Below are positions 30,636 through 41,651 of a stretch of DNA of 64,000 bases, piece by piece. Within the stretch, counting starts at the first letter, position 1; every line of letters begins with the position of its first letter. Under the pieces are notes generated by a model, which searched no databases, was not told the origin of the DNA, and saw nothing but the letters and a program-made list of their open reading frames with translations. This stretch comes from a virus. Lineage: Duplodnaviria > Caudoviricetes. The translations under genes and the position numbers were made by a program. The DNA lies in IMG/VR virus record IMGVR_UViG_3300024269_004845, one strand, 5' to 3'.

Positions 30636-30809
30636 AATAGAACCTCCCGATAAAACTTTTAAAATAAATTATTTAGACTATATTATTATATAATAATATT
30701 GTATAAATAATTGCTGTAATCGTTTTGACAAAAGATTTTGGGTTTTACTCTTGATTTTTTTGTTTGGATGTGTTATGATAAATACAAAATATTTTTGGAG
30801 GGTTGAGAG

Positions 30810-31217
30810 ATGAAAAAAATAGTAACTTTGATTTTAGTCATCTGTATGGCTGTTGGGGTTATGTCTTTAACTGGCTGTTCTAAAAATGAATCCAATTCTG
30901 ATATTAGAATAGCCGTTTATAATACTAGATACAATGGTGATTTGCAGAATGACTACCCAGATTATATTCTTACAAGTGATAAAGTGTTAGAAATGATTGA
31001 TTCTGGTACTGGTGATGGTCCTCTTGAAGAGTATAGTGAGGTTAGAGTACTTCATAAATTGGTTTATTATAATGAATCAGGAGAAGAGATAACTGTTATC
31101 ATTCAGAATATTGGTAAGGTTACATATATGCGTATCGGGCTTCCTCAAGCCGTGCATTATTTGACAGACGCTGAACTTCATGAATTGTTGCTAGAAATAA
31201 CTGGGGCTAATAAGTAA
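30810..31217 (+). CDS. Lipoprotein
   Basis: Lipobox LTGC after a signal peptide. Confidence 0.8.
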   Translation: MKKIVTLILVICMAVGVMSLTGCSKNESNSDIRIAVYNTRYNGDLQNDYPDYILTSDKVLEMIDSGTGDGPLEEYSEVRVLHKLVYYNESGEEITVIIQNIGKVTYMRIGLPQAVHYLTDAELHELLLEITGANK

Positions 31218-31261
31218 GTAAAAGGGCCCAAATAATGGGCCCTTTTATAATTATTATCATT

Positions 31262-31915
31262 TTATGCGTGTTTCTTCTCTCTGGGCTTTCTAGAATAATT
31301 GGGGTCAATGGAAATTTTAATATTCTCGAGATTGTAGCCCAATTCAACCAGTGCCTTTTTTAAGAAATACATATTGTTAATTGCAAGCTTTGCGACATCC
31401 ACATAAACAGCGTTGCGACCAGAGCCAATCATTGCGGGGTCAGACATATCCTGGTTTGTTTTTGCAAAATAAAGATGTCGGTCTCCATTAACATTGGGGT
31501 TATCACAGAGTGTCATGAATTTGGAAGCATCTTTATTGTATGCCATTCTGCAGGCCGTTTCGGTTAGAGAACGGAAACTATTTACGAGTTCAGTTTTTCC
31601 GTCCATTTCGATGGATACAGGTCTTTTGTTGGTTAAGTTTTCCGTAATGGCAACAGTGGTAGTTTCCACATCTGTAATGGGGTTGCTTTGAGAATTGTTT
31701 TCGTTTTTTGAACTATTTTTATTTTTCTTCTTGGGCTTAGGTTCATTTGCGTAGGAATCATTTAAGATGGAATCTACATTGTTAATCATTTGAATTTCTT
31801 TGGAAAGTTCTTCGATTTTCTTTGTGTCTGCATTTACTGCGGCAGAAAAAAGTTCTTTAGAAGCGATGTCCTTTTCGATGTTGATAATTTCTTTGATTTT
31901 GTTAATGTGAGTCAT
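31262..31915 (-). CDS. Hypothetical protein with a SeqA C-terminal-like domain
   Basis: GDRHLYFAK...P..I....VYV...LKKALVELGY pattern recalls the SeqA-C fold (not searched). Confidence 0.5.
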   Translation of the reverse strand: MTHINKIKEIINIEKDIASKELFSAAVNADTKKIEELSKEIQMINNVDSILNDSYANEPKPKKKNKNSSKNENNSQSNPITDVETTTVAITENLTNKRPVSIEMDGKTELVNSFRSLTETACRMAYNKDASKFMTLCDNPNVNGDRHLYFAKTNQDMSDPAMIGSGRNAVYVDVAKLAINNMYFLKKALVELGYNLENIKISIDPNYSRKPREKKHA

Positions 31916-31994
31916 TTTAAAAGCTCCTTTTTAAAAATTTGAGGTTTCTAATTTGATTATTACCTAATTTAATCATTTTATTCATGGAGGAGGT

Positions 31995-32465
31995 TTGTTT
32001 TTGATGAAAAAAATAAGACTTTTTTCGGCAATATTCATTATTGCTTTCTCCTTAATTATCGGTGGGATATTTTATTTCAATTCTGAGAGTAGTTCTGCTG
32101 AAGAATCAACTGATGATAGTATTCTGTACAATAAATTCTACGAATATACATCAGAGGAGATAAAATTTTTTATAAAAGAACGTGGATATGATTTTATTGA
32201 AGAATATGGTGATTCTGATATCAGACTTTTAAAGAAAGAATTAATGGTTGCTTTAAAAGCGAGTAATATAGAAGACGGGTATCTTTATTATGAGATTTAT
32301 CAATCTGATGCTATGATGATTCGTGGGATTCTATATCCTCAAGACGAATACTATTATTCTAATATAATGATAGATAAAATGGCAGAATTTGAAAATCAGC
32401 TAATTGTAAAGATTTTAGATAGCGAGAATTCTGAATTGTATATTTTTGACGTGAAGGAGGGTTAA
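31995..32465 (+). CDS. Membrane-anchored hypothetical protein
   Basis: GGAGGAGG RBS; N-terminal TM. Confidence 0.75.
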   Translation: MFLMKKIRLFSAIFIIAFSLIIGGIFYFNSESSSAEESTDDSILYNKFYEYTSEEIKFFIKERGYDFIEEYGDSDIRLLKKELMVALKASNIEDGYLYYEIYQSDAMMIRGILYPQDEYYYSNIMIDKMAEFENQLIVKILDSENSELYIFDVKEG

Positions 32466-32466
32466 T

Positions 32467-33057
32467 GTGCGATATAGCTTTAAAAGAATGTTCATTTGCT
32501 CGGTCTTCGCAGCAATTACATTGTCGGTAATTGCTATAGTTAATTTGGAACATGCAATTGACAATTGGTCTGGGCCATTGATTAGTAGTCTTTTTTCTAA
32601 AGATGACTATGAATATTCGATATCTATTCCTGATTATTGGGAGAGATATTATCCTTCGGATACTAGTGACTTAATAGATTCTACCCTTGAAGATAAAATT
32701 ATATACAGTGGTAACAATTCAGAATATTTGATTTTGAGTGTTTCTGAATATCCTGCTGTCTATGACCCTGAATTGTACAAAACATATATGGCAATGGAAG
32801 TATATGGAGAATATGGAATAGAATCAGAAACTGAATACTTGAAGCATAATAATAAAAACATTTATTATATCCATTTTGAACTTTCGGGGATTAACTATGT
32901 AATTGGATTTGTGGAAAACAAAGGGTTTATCATAGATTTTGAATATAAAAGGCCTTCGACTAATAATATAAATGAAGGATTATATACTATAATAAGTAGT
33001 ATAGAAAGGTTTAAAGTGAAGGAGGTAGACATAAATGGGCAAGTTAATGCAGAATAA
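32467..33057 (+). CDS. Membrane-anchored protein, possibly PsbP/DcrB-like fold
   Basis: N-terminal TM; YSISIPDYW strand motif and C-terminal IISSI. Confidence 0.6.
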   Translation: MRYSFKRMFICSVFAAITLSVIAIVNLEHAIDNWSGPLISSLFSKDDYEYSISIPDYWERYYPSDTSDLIDSTLEDKIIYSGNNSEYLILSVSEYPAVYDPELYKTYMAMEVYGEYGIESETEYLKHNNKNIYYIHFELSGINYVIGFVENKGFIIDFEYKRPSTNNINEGLYTIISSIERFKVKEVDINGQVNAE

Positions 33058-33694
33058 AAAAATTATCGCATTGATTTTGTTGGTATTGTTGCTTGGAATC
33101 GTATTAATAGCATATAAATTTGTTGGAACGGGAAGCACACCTAACAATCCAGTTGAAGATAATGGACCAGTTATTGAAAATCCCGAAGTAATAGATGATA
33201 TATATATTAGAGATGAAGAGGGCAATATCAAGGATGTCTTAATTATTGATACTGAAGAATATCATCTAAGTATGGATTTACTGGGAACTTGGAAAGAATA
33301 TTTATTGCCAATTGACCAGAGAGATAAGTATCAGGCCTTTATGATTCCTGACAAAACAAGTGATGCTATTCCTTATTTTTACATACTAATCGAAGAGTCT
33401 CCTAAGATAACTAATGAAACGGTTATAGAGGAAGAAATTATTTATTCTTTAAAAGACGAATATGACTCTTTCGAACTAGAACAGATATTGAAAAAAAATG
33501 GTTCTGATTATACTAAATATAGTATTACCTACAAAACTATTAAAGACAGAGCTGAAAACAAAAACTACTTAACAATCATTTATCAGGATGGTTATAAGAT
33601 ATCATTTACCTATTCAGCTTTAAGCATTGCTTACGCTGGGGAAAAAGGATATATTGATGACATGATTGATACATTTGAATTTTTTAAGAAATAA
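33035..33694 (+). CDS. Membrane-anchored protein, possibly PsbP/DcrB-like fold
   Basis: N-terminal TM; C-terminal ISFTYSA...DDMIDTFEF. Confidence 0.6.
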   Translation: MGKLMQNKKIIALILLVLLLGIVLIAYKFVGTGSTPNNPVEDNGPVIENPEVIDDIYIRDEEGNIKDVLIIDTEEYHLSMDLLGTWKEYLLPIDQRDKYQAFMIPDKTSDAIPYFYILIEESPKITNETVIEEEIIYSLKDEYDSFELEQILKKNGSDYTKYSITYKTIKDRAENKNYLTIIYQDGYKISFTYSALSIAYAGEKGYIDDMIDTFEFFKK

Positions 33695-33810
33695 AAATAA
33701 AACTCCCAAATTTTTATTGGGAGTTTTTTCTATGTGTGATTGATGTATAAAAGAGCAAAAAAGTCATTGTATTATACAATGACTTTTTGTAGTTCTCTTA
33801 TATATATAAT

Positions 33811-33900
33811 TTAGATGACAAACACCTTAATAACTAATGCAATTACAATAGGGATAAGAAGAGCTAACATTTCTTTATTCTTAACTAGATTTTTTAACAT
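33811..33900 (-). CDS. 29-aa hydrophobic peptide MLKNLVKNKEMLALLIPIVIALVIKVFVI
   Basis: AAGGAG RBS; TTGACT-17-CATAAT promoter (34003-33975, minus strand); hairpin terminator near 33757-33788. Confidence 0.7.
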   Translation of the reverse strand: MLKNLVKNKEMLALLIPIVIALVIKVFVI

Positions 33901-34120
33901 ATCAGTCACTCCTTTTTTGACGATTTTTGGACAACTATATGTAGTATTATATTACATTTGTGACCTCTATATACATTATGACACATTTTTTCAAAAAAGT
34001 CAAGTCTTTTTTGAAAAAATGTGTAAAAAAAATAAAAAAATTTTTGTACAGTTTGCCAATTGACTTAATATGTAAAAAAAAATACGGGGAATCCCCCGTA
34101 TTTTTTTGTTGTTCTCCTGC

Positions 34121-37100
34121 TTACATACCATTAGCAGCTTCAATTGGGTCGGCAGCTTCGACAACTTTACTATCAGAAGATGCATCTGCCTCAGCGTCAT
34201 TTGGATTATTTGTTAATTCTTCTGCTTTAGGCTTAACTTCTGCAGTAACAGCTGTTTGTTGTCCGTTATCATTCTCAATAACTTCCTCAATTGCTTCAAC
34301 GGTTTTGTTTACTGCTTTGTTTGGCATATCTGCAGTGGTTTCGAGAGTTTCATTCTTAAATACTTCTCTGTATTCATGAGATGCTTCATGATTGTGTACA
34401 TAATTTCTGAAAACTTCTGGGATTTCAGGAACTATGATTGGTTCTTCTCTATCAAAAGTTGTTCCTGCGCCTTTGCCGTGTAGTTTATTAAGGAACTCTT
34501 CCGTTTTAACGGCTTCAGCAGTATAAACAGGAAGTTCCATGCTCACTGCTCTGCCATCTGTGCTTAGACTTTGTTGATGTGCTATTAAGGCTTCATTATA
34601 GGCAGTTGCTGCACTTGCGAAGGAAGCATGAGCATCCGTAACAAGCTTAATTGACTCAAGATTAACTTTTCGTTCGTGTTCAGAACCAGATGTGGAAAGC
34701 ACAGTCTCTGTATGATGTCTAAGTTCTGTTAATTGTGTATAAGCTCTTTCTGCTTCTCTTGCAGCATTACGAAGATTTTCTAGTTCCGTATTAGCTTCGT
34801 TTGCAGAAACTCTTTCTCCAATGCTTTGGTGGTTTACCTGAGTAACTTCATGGTGTGTTAATCCATGTTCTTGACGTGTTTCTTGGACGCTTTCTAAAGC
34901 ATTTTTCATACTTGTAAGAGCTTTGCATTCTGTATATGCTCTTGCTGTTTCAACATCTTGGTCAAGTTGTTTCTCAAAAGCTTTTCTAATTAGTGGATGG
35001 TCAAATTCCTGTGCAGACACAAATAGAGCTCTGTCATCTTTTGTCCATGTGGCTAATGGTTTAGATGCTAAATCGGCTAAGGCTTCTTTATCCATCGTTT
35101 GCCATTTTTGGAAGAATGCTTTATCTTCTTTTGTCCAGTCTTCAAGTGATTTACTACCGAGTTCTTGTAGTCTGCTATCAATTCTTTCTACTGTTGATTC
35201 TACGGCCCCAGAATATTTTACTTCTAGTTTATCTATCTGCAGCTTAAAGTCTTCTTTGATTCTAATCTCATTGGAAAGATGTGTTGCGAATTCTTCATTG
35301 GACCTGTCTTGCATTCCATATTTTTCTTTTAGGTCTTTTATAACGCCCTCTACTTTAGCAATTTCTCCATCAATTCGTTTTTGTTCTGGAGAGTTTTTCT
35401 TGAGTTGAGGGTCTTCGTTTTCTTTTCCATGGTTGAAGTAATTTGCCCATCTTTCTTTCCAAGATGCCTTTTCGTGAGAGTGGGACGCTGCAGCCTCTTT
35501 TTCTTCTTGAAGGCTTTTTAGTTCTTTCATTTTGCTTTCTAAGGTTTCTAAATCTTTCTGCATCCCTGCTAATTCAACCGTTTGTGCCACTAGTTTTGTA
35601 TATTGGATGTTTGTAATTTCTTTATCCATTTCAAAAATAGTTTTGGCCGTAGATGTTTCAGAGTGCATCATTTCTTGTAGGTTCATTGAACCAAATTTGG
35701 ATGTTCCTACAGATTGCAATTCTTGTTGAGAACTTTCAAATCCGTAATTTAGCTTATTTTTTGATTCTAAAATCCCGATTGCTGCGGTCAAGTCTTGGCT
35801 TGGATTTTCAATTTGTTTAAGTTTTTCAAGTTCTGCCGTTATGCCATCGTGGTCTTTTAGTATTTCAGGGGTAGTTGTTATTTTGCTATCTTTATCAAAT
35901 AAATGTTCAAGCTCTTTGCAACCTTTTAATGTTTTTAGCTCATCTACAGAATATTTTATTTCTCCATCTTTTAATATTTCCTTGATTTGTTCTGCGGCAG
36001 AAGCTTTCACTTCTTCTCTGACTTTTAATATTTCTTCGGCAGAGATTTTATCGTATGCGGAAAAATCTACTTTTTCTGCAAGTCTCCAGTGTGACTTACC
36101 GTTTTCATCGGTGTATAACATATCAGAAAATATTTCTGCTTTTATTTTTGTTGCTAAGCCTTCTTGGAATTCATCAATTCTTCTTATATCTACTCCAGGA
36201 TTTTCTCTACAAGCTTGCAATATATTTTCTCTAAAAATGTCTTGTTGTATAGACTTATCGGCCAATCTAGTGATTTCTGCCATATCGTCTTTAAACAACA
36301 TTGCTACTTGTGGATTTTGAACCTCATATGCTGAAGTGGCAGCACTAAGAAGTACTGGAGTGGATTTCTCTACTGTGAAAGAAGGGTTAGTTTCTGTAAA
36401 TGACGTATAAGTGTGAATTTCTCTCCAAGAGATTCCTTCCGCTTTTTCTAAGAAGGCTTCAAATTTAGGGTCTTTAAAAATTGGGGATTCTGGATTTTGC
36501 TTTTCATAAGCTTTTATTATTTCTGAGAAATTAGCTTCTTTATTTTCAAAATTAATTGCATATTTGATGAAATCTTCTTTTTGCGCCATAAACTCTTCAA
36601 CTTTTCCAATGGCTGTTTTTTGTTCTGCTGTAGGATGATATTCTATAGCGCGAATACCACCTTCTGCAGTTTTATCTTTAACCACAGGGTGTAATTTAGA
36701 GTCTAAAAGGGATTTTGCTTCCGACATTTCTACTCGTACTTCGGAGAATTTGGCGATTGCCTCTCTCATTTCTTCGGGAGTCTGATATTTAATGCTATCG
36801 GGAGATAAGTTTCCAGCTTTTAATGCATCGCTTATAATTGTTATATCCTTAGTTCCAACTTCTAATTTTTTATTTTCACTGATTTTTCCTTCTAATAAAT
36901 CAATAGCTGATTTGATTGCCTTGTCTCTCTCGCTAAGAGATTGAGACTCTAAATATACTCCATACGCAGTACTCAAATCATTTGATTTAGATATCTGATG
37001 ATTATTTGCTAAAACAGTTTGCTCTTCTCTCGTATATCTAATGTTTTGCAATATTTGTGGATTATATTCATATTCCATTGTCTGAGCTTTTAATTGCTCT

Positions 37101-39772
37101 AAATTATTGCCTACAGCATGTTGAACCATAGTATTTCTAATAGACTCAAATACACTTAATCTGCCATCATCTGCAAAAGTTGTTGCGCCTTTATCACCGA
37201 CTGGTCTTAGGCCTTTCATTTCTGCGATTTCATCATCTAAGCGCAAGATAAATTGTTTTACGTCTGCTGGATTTTCTAATTGACTTAAATCTTTAATTCC
37301 ACAAACTTCACTAAATGTTCTAAATGTTGTTCCTGGTGGTACCCCATCGGTAGAAACTTTTATGAATGTTTCGGAACGTAAGAAATCGGATTGCATTAAT
37401 GTATTAGATTCGTTTGTTACTTGGCGTAAGCGGTGCATTTCATCTGGTGGAATGTTACAGTTAATTGCTAGATGTCTTTCTATTCTATCTAATGTTTCCT
37501 CTGTACTTAATCCTGCACCTCTTGCATCATTTCTTATTTTTTGTATTTCATCTAAGTGTTCTGCGGCATATTTTAAAACTATGGTTTTATTATCTTCATT
37601 AATAATATTTCTCACTAACTCTGGATTAAATGCATAATCTTGAGAATGAGAATGTTGGTCTAGAATTTCAACTGCTAATTTAGCCCTTATTGCGGTTTCA
37701 AGAATGATAGTTTTGCTTTTATCTGTTTCTTCGAAATCGGCCGCAAGTTTAGAAGAGGCCTTTTTAATATCTTCGTCCGTAATTCTAGAAAAATCAATTT
37801 TAAGTTCTTTAGATGATTCATCTACAGTTATATATTCTTTAAAATATTTTTGAACATCGATGGATTCTACTAGCGTTTGGTACGTTTCCAATTTTGAAAT
37901 TCTACCATCTTTATGATACGCAACTCTTAGTTCTTCATCGATATATTTTTGAAGAGCATCTCTTGCTGCTTCGCAAGATTCTTTTGAGGCTAAGGTTTCG
38001 TATGTGATATTCCTTAACGCAGGAATATTTATTCCTTCTTTAAGTTTTGATATGCTATCCATTGTTTGTACATCAACAGTTAGTCTATCATGTACTCCGT
38101 ATTCGTATAGATTTTTTGTATCTACTGCAAAATTTTCTGGATGTGTTTCCTGCAATTTTGCTAATATCTCTAGTAATTGCTTGATGTTTTCTGCTTTATT
38201 TGCTACAGCTTCATTTTCTTCAATACCTCTTGTCATATCAGCACTTGCGGGAGCTATCTTACAAGCTTCTCTTGTTACATTTTCTATTTGGATGTTTAAA
38301 TCATCAAGAGATAAAGAGTCTATTTTTTCAGGAGCTGAAAATCCACATTCTTTGAGTATTTCGTATCTATCATCAATATTATTATCGTTTTTGTCTTTAA
38401 CGTATAACCAAACTGCCTCATGGAATGTAGCAAGAGTTTGTATATATTCTTGATTCCTTTTTTCTTTTTCGAGTCTTTCTTTTATATCAAACTCTACAGC
38501 TGGAGCTAATAACGCTTTGGAAGAACCTGCTTTATCAAGAGCTAATTCCAGCTCTTCAATTTTGTGGTTTGAAAAGCTTTCTCTAAACTCTGACATGAGG
38601 GGAGCAATTCTTCTTTGAAAATCAGCGCCCTCAATTACTTGGTCAGTGATTTGTATTGTGCTTTGTTTTACATCTGCAATAATTTTGGGGTCAGGTTCTC
38701 TATAATTGTCCATGTTTTTTATAGTTAGTTCTTTAGAGATAGAATATTCTTGCATCATTCTATCAGCTAACTGTTTTAATTCTTCAAATGAATCACTATG
38801 ATGGTCTCTTAGATAACCCATTTTATCGACAAATTGAGTTCCAGGGTTGTTTAATACTGCGCTGTCTCCGTATAACTGTTTAGCAGCTAATAAAATAACT
38901 TTTTCTTGTTCATATGCAGATATTTTCGCAAATTGCGAATTTATATACTGGAGATTTTGACCATTCTCTGCCATGTAAGCAGAAAATTCCTGAATGTTAT
39001 AGGCGTTATAAAATCTATAAACCTCTAGAGATTGTGGGCTGATTTCATATGGGCCGCCTGAAACATTTTTAAGGAATCCTTTTCCTCTTGTTGTGGCCAT
39101 ATCGGTTTCTTTGTTTGTGTCATCTGAATTTATAACAATCATTGCTTTTTCAGATGGTGTTCTTACATATTTATCTCCGATAATTGCTTTTTCAATATGA
39201 ACAGAACTAATTGAACCATAGGATAGTCCCATACCTCCTGGGTACAATTCTCGATTATTATAGTTATCCATATCTGTTATTTCTAGACTTTTACTGCCCA
39301 TTAATTCTGGGGATAATATTGATTTACCTTTTAGATGTTCGAACTTTTTTTCAAATTCTTCTCTATTCCCAGAAATTCCAATTTGCAAATTTTCTAAATG
39401 GGGGTTTAAGTCACTATCTACAGATGTTTGAATCATCCACTTTATTCTTCCAGCATATTCTAAGGTTTCGTCATTTTGTTTTAACCCATACGCTTCGGGA
39501 GAAAGCGTTGATATCATTAACATATCTGGTTTTCTACTTATACCATATGTTAGATTTTGAGCTGCTGTATATTGTGCTTGGCCCAAATCCAAAGTTAAAC
39601 TATATGTTTGAGAACCTCTTCTAGCTCTTTGGCTGGCATTATCAATAGCTTTAGCTTTTTCAGTCTGTGAGCTGCTTCCAGTTTGAGAGGGTCTATAAGG
39701 AGTCTGTCTATTCATTTGACCGTTACCTGCCATTTTAATCACCTCTTTTAAAATATTTTTAACGACTATCAA
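34121..39772 (-). CDS. Giant acidic, helical/coiled-coil hypothetical protein (about 1870 aa; likely start 39733)
   Basis: Uninterrupted 5.6-kb ORF; GAGGTG RBS before MAGNGQ; terminator near 34075-34107; no TM or catalytic motif seen. Confidence 0.85.
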   Translation of the reverse strand: MIVVKNILKEVIKMAGNGQMNRQTPYRPSQTGSSSQTEKAKAIDNASQRARRGSQTYSLTLDLGQAQYTAAQNLTYGISRKPDMLMISTLSPEAYGLKQNDETLEYAGRIKWMIQTSVDSDLNPHLENLQIGISGNREEFEKKFEHLKGKSILSPELMGSKSLEITDMDNYNNRELYPGGMGLSYGSISSVHIEKAIIGDKYVRTPSEKAMIVINSDDTNKETDMATTRGKGFLKNVSGGPYEISPQSLEVYRFYNAYNIQEFSAYMAENGQNLQYINSQFAKISAYEQEKVILLAAKQLYGDSAVLNNPGTQFVDKMGYLRDHHSDSFEELKQLADRMMQEYSISKELTIKNMDNYREPDPKIIADVKQSTIQITDQVIEGADFQRRIAPLMSEFRESFSNHKIEELELALDKAGSSKALLAPAVEFDIKERLEKEKRNQEYIQTLATFHEAVWLYVKDKNDNNIDDRYEILKECGFSAPEKIDSLSLDDLNIQIENVTREACKIAPASADMTRGIEENEAVANKAENIKQLLEILAKLQETHPENFAVDTKNLYEYGVHDRLTVDVQTMDSISKLKEGINIPALRNITYETLASKESCEAARDALQKYIDEELRVAYHKDGRISKLETYQTLVESIDVQKYFKEYITVDESSKELKIDFSRITDEDIKKASSKLAADFEETDKSKTIILETAIRAKLAVEILDQHSHSQDYAFNPELVRNIINEDNKTIVLKYAAEHLDEIQKIRNDARGAGLSTEETLDRIERHLAINCNIPPDEMHRLRQVTNESNTLMQSDFLRSETFIKVSTDGVPPGTTFRTFSEVCGIKDLSQLENPADVKQFILRLDDEIAEMKGLRPVGDKGATTFADDGRLSVFESIRNTMVQHAVGNNLEQLKAQTMEYEYNPQILQNIRYTREEQTVLANNHQISKSNDLSTAYGVYLESQSLSERDKAIKSAIDLLEGKISENKKLEVGTKDITIISDALKAGNLSPDSIKYQTPEEMREAIAKFSEVRVEMSEAKSLLDSKLHPVVKDKTAEGGIRAIEYHPTAEQKTAIGKVEEFMAQKEDFIKYAINFENKEANFSEIIKAYEKQNPESPIFKDPKFEAFLEKAEGISWREIHTYTSFTETNPSFTVEKSTPVLLSAATSAYEVQNPQVAMLFKDDMAEITRLADKSIQQDIFRENILQACRENPGVDIRRIDEFQEGLATKIKAEIFSDMLYTDENGKSHWRLAEKVDFSAYDKISAEEILKVREEVKASAAEQIKEILKDGEIKYSVDELKTLKGCKELEHLFDKDSKITTTPEILKDHDGITAELEKLKQIENPSQDLTAAIGILESKNKLNYGFESSQQELQSVGTSKFGSMNLQEMMHSETSTAKTIFEMDKEITNIQYTKLVAQTVELAGMQKDLETLESKMKELKSLQEEKEAAASHSHEKASWKERWANYFNHGKENEDPQLKKNSPEQKRIDGEIAKVEGVIKDLKEKYGMQDRSNEEFATHLSNEIRIKEDFKLQIDKLEVKYSGAVESTVERIDSRLQELGSKSLEDWTKEDKAFFQKWQTMDKEALADLASKPLATWTKDDRALFVSAQEFDHPLIRKAFEKQLDQDVETARAYTECKALTSMKNALESVQETRQEHGLTHHEVTQVNHQSIGERVSANEANTELENLRNAAREAERAYTQLTELRHHTETVLSTSGSEHERKVNLESIKLVTDAHASFASAATAYNEALIAHQQSLSTDGRAVSMELPVYTAEAVKTEEFLNKLHGKGAGTTFDREEPIIVPEIPEVFRNYVHNHEASHEYREVFKNETLETTADMPNKAVNKTVEAIEEVIENDNGQQTAVTAEVKPKAEELTNNPNDAEADASSDSKVVEAADPIEAANGM

Positions 39773-39827
39773 TCATATGTGTCTTATTTATTATATTTTA
39801 GAATTTATTCCAATATCAAACTTTACC

Positions 39828-40118
39828 TTATTTTCTTATTAAATTTATAATCGAAAATAGTATCCAAATAAGAATACTTGTTATACATATTATAACACAG
39901 GTTCCAATTAATAATAATGAAACGAAACCTCCTAGTATTGATGCTAGAAATCCAGTTGTTTTATATAGGAATATAAATAACAAAATAACTGCTACTAATC
40001 CAAAAGGGATTAATTTAAAAACAAATTTTGCTAATTTAACACATAAATAAATCTGGAAGGCAGCAACTAAAAGGAAAGGAAAAATATAAAACAAAAATAG
40101 CACTAATGGGCTTAACAT
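39828..40118 (-). CDS. Small membrane protein (3 TM)
   Basis: AAGGGG RBS; hydrophobic throughout. Confidence 0.7.
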   Translation of the reverse strand: MLSPLVLFLFYIFPFLLVAAFQIYLCVKLAKFVFKLIPFGLVAVILLFIFLYKTTGFLASILGGFVSLLLIGTCVIICITSILIWILFSIINLIRK

Positions 40119-40243
40119 GAGTAATTCCCCCTTTTTAAAATTTTGTTAATTAGTTATATATTGTAAATTGGTAAAATATAATATAGAAAAATCTAGTCCA
40201 TTTATATATTATATATAGCTAATGGGAAAAATAAAAAGGAGGA

Positions 40244-41155
40244 TTGAAAATAATGTCATTTTTGAAAAGCACTTTACAAACAAACGTCCAAGACTATGAA
40301 CAAAGTAGAGATGAAATGGTTAAACGTTTTAATGAGGGAATGGACTATCTCCAAGATTTTGAAAATGATTTGGGCCTTGCCGATAAGGTAGAAGATGATT
40401 GTTTATCTTTTGATTTTTTGTCTAAACTTGAAAATTTGGATTCTGTAGCTTTCATTCAAATAGATGTCGCAGAAAAAAATCATTCGAATCAATTATTTGG
40501 CGAAATTACTAAAGCTGTATCGGATGCGATAGATTCTGAAGTTGATGATGTATTGAATACAAACGAAAATAATGTATCCGCTCAAGCAACGCCAAATATC
40601 TTAAGAAATAATTATTCTATTAAAAAGAAGAGAATTATTGACGAAACATTATTAAATGTAAATGGCGATTCTTTCGAACAAAATATGATGACTATCAGAT
40701 GTATGGATATATATTCCGAAATGGCACAAACGACTGATGCGATATCTGAAAGAACTAGGAAAAAGATGAAAGAGCATGAACAGATACTCCTTTTTATAGG
40801 AGTAACTCCAAAACCAAATCCAGAATTGTCAGAAGCACAATTAACGGAAGTTGTATCGTATACAATTGCAGTTGTCTCGAATATTAAAGATGGTACCGTT
40901 CCAGATATTAATAAATACAAAGATAAAGTAGTAGAACTTATAAATAATAGTACTAATAAGGTAATAGAGAGTACAGATGTAAATGCTACACTTAAGAGTT
41001 TTTCTGAGGTGGCAGATACTCTTTCCAGTTGTAAAGAACAAATTGCTGATAATCCTAAAGGAAGAAACTTTGTAAATGCAATCAGTGCAATTGAAAATAT
41101 TTGTCAAAATCAACAAGAGAAAATTAATAATTTGTATAGTGAATTTGATAAATAA
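40244..41155 (+). CDS. Hypothetical helical protein
   Basis: AGGAGG RBS; terminator near 41159-41192. Confidence 0.75.
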   Translation: MKIMSFLKSTLQTNVQDYEQSRDEMVKRFNEGMDYLQDFENDLGLADKVEDDCLSFDFLSKLENLDSVAFIQIDVAEKNHSNQLFGEITKAVSDAIDSEVDDVLNTNENNVSAQATPNILRNNYSIKKKRIIDETLLNVNGDSFEQNMMTIRCMDIYSEMAQTTDAISERTRKKMKEHEQILLFIGVTPKPNPELSEAQLTEVVSYTIAVVSNIKDGTVPDINKYKDKVVELINNSTNKVIESTDVNATLKSFSEVADTLSSCKEQIADNPKGRNFVNAISAIENICQNQQEKINNLYSEFDK

Positions 41156-41281
41156 TATTAACGGAGAAACCAGTTTGGTTTCTCCGTTTTTTTGTTAAAT
41201 CTTTTTGTTGTGATGTTTTTATTTATTATGTTTTTGTTACTAGTATATAATTTTGTATAATTCTTTTTTGAAGAAAGGAGT

Positions 41282-41638
41282 GTGACTTTTTTGGAATTGA
41301 AAGATATCTTAAACAAAGATGATAAATTTGATACTCAAGATATTCTTTATATAGGGAATATAAATACAAAACAAGATTATGTTTTGATGAATTTTTTAGA
41401 GAAAAAAATGATTGAAATACAGGGCCAAGATTTTGTGAAAAAGTCACATCCCAAAATACAGTATATCATGAGTTTGTTATTGGATGACAACGTAGATGGG
41501 TTGTTTGATTTTTATAGTGGTTCTTTTGATGAATACATGAAAATCTGTAACAACAACTATAGCCAAATAGGCAGTTTTAACATCACTTTTGCTGTGTTAA
41601 TACATTTGGCTTCTAAGATTATAAGAAGATATTCGTAA
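41282..41638 (+). CDS. Hypothetical protein
   Basis: ORF directly upstream of the second coupling ATPase. Confidence 0.6.
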   Translation: MTFLELKDILNKDDKFDTQDILYIGNINTKQDYVLMNFLEKKMIEIQGQDFVKKSHPKIQYIMSLLLDDNVDGLFDFYSGSFDEYMKICNNNYSQIGSFNITFAVLIHLASKIIRRYS

Positions 41639-41651
41639 AGGGAGGTTTATT

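Noticed and set aside
33815-34379. ORFs 33815..34063, 33960..34379 and 34000..34200
   Set aside because: They cross promoter, terminator or antisense sequence and lack RBSs; the supported gene here is the 29-aa peptide at 33811-33900
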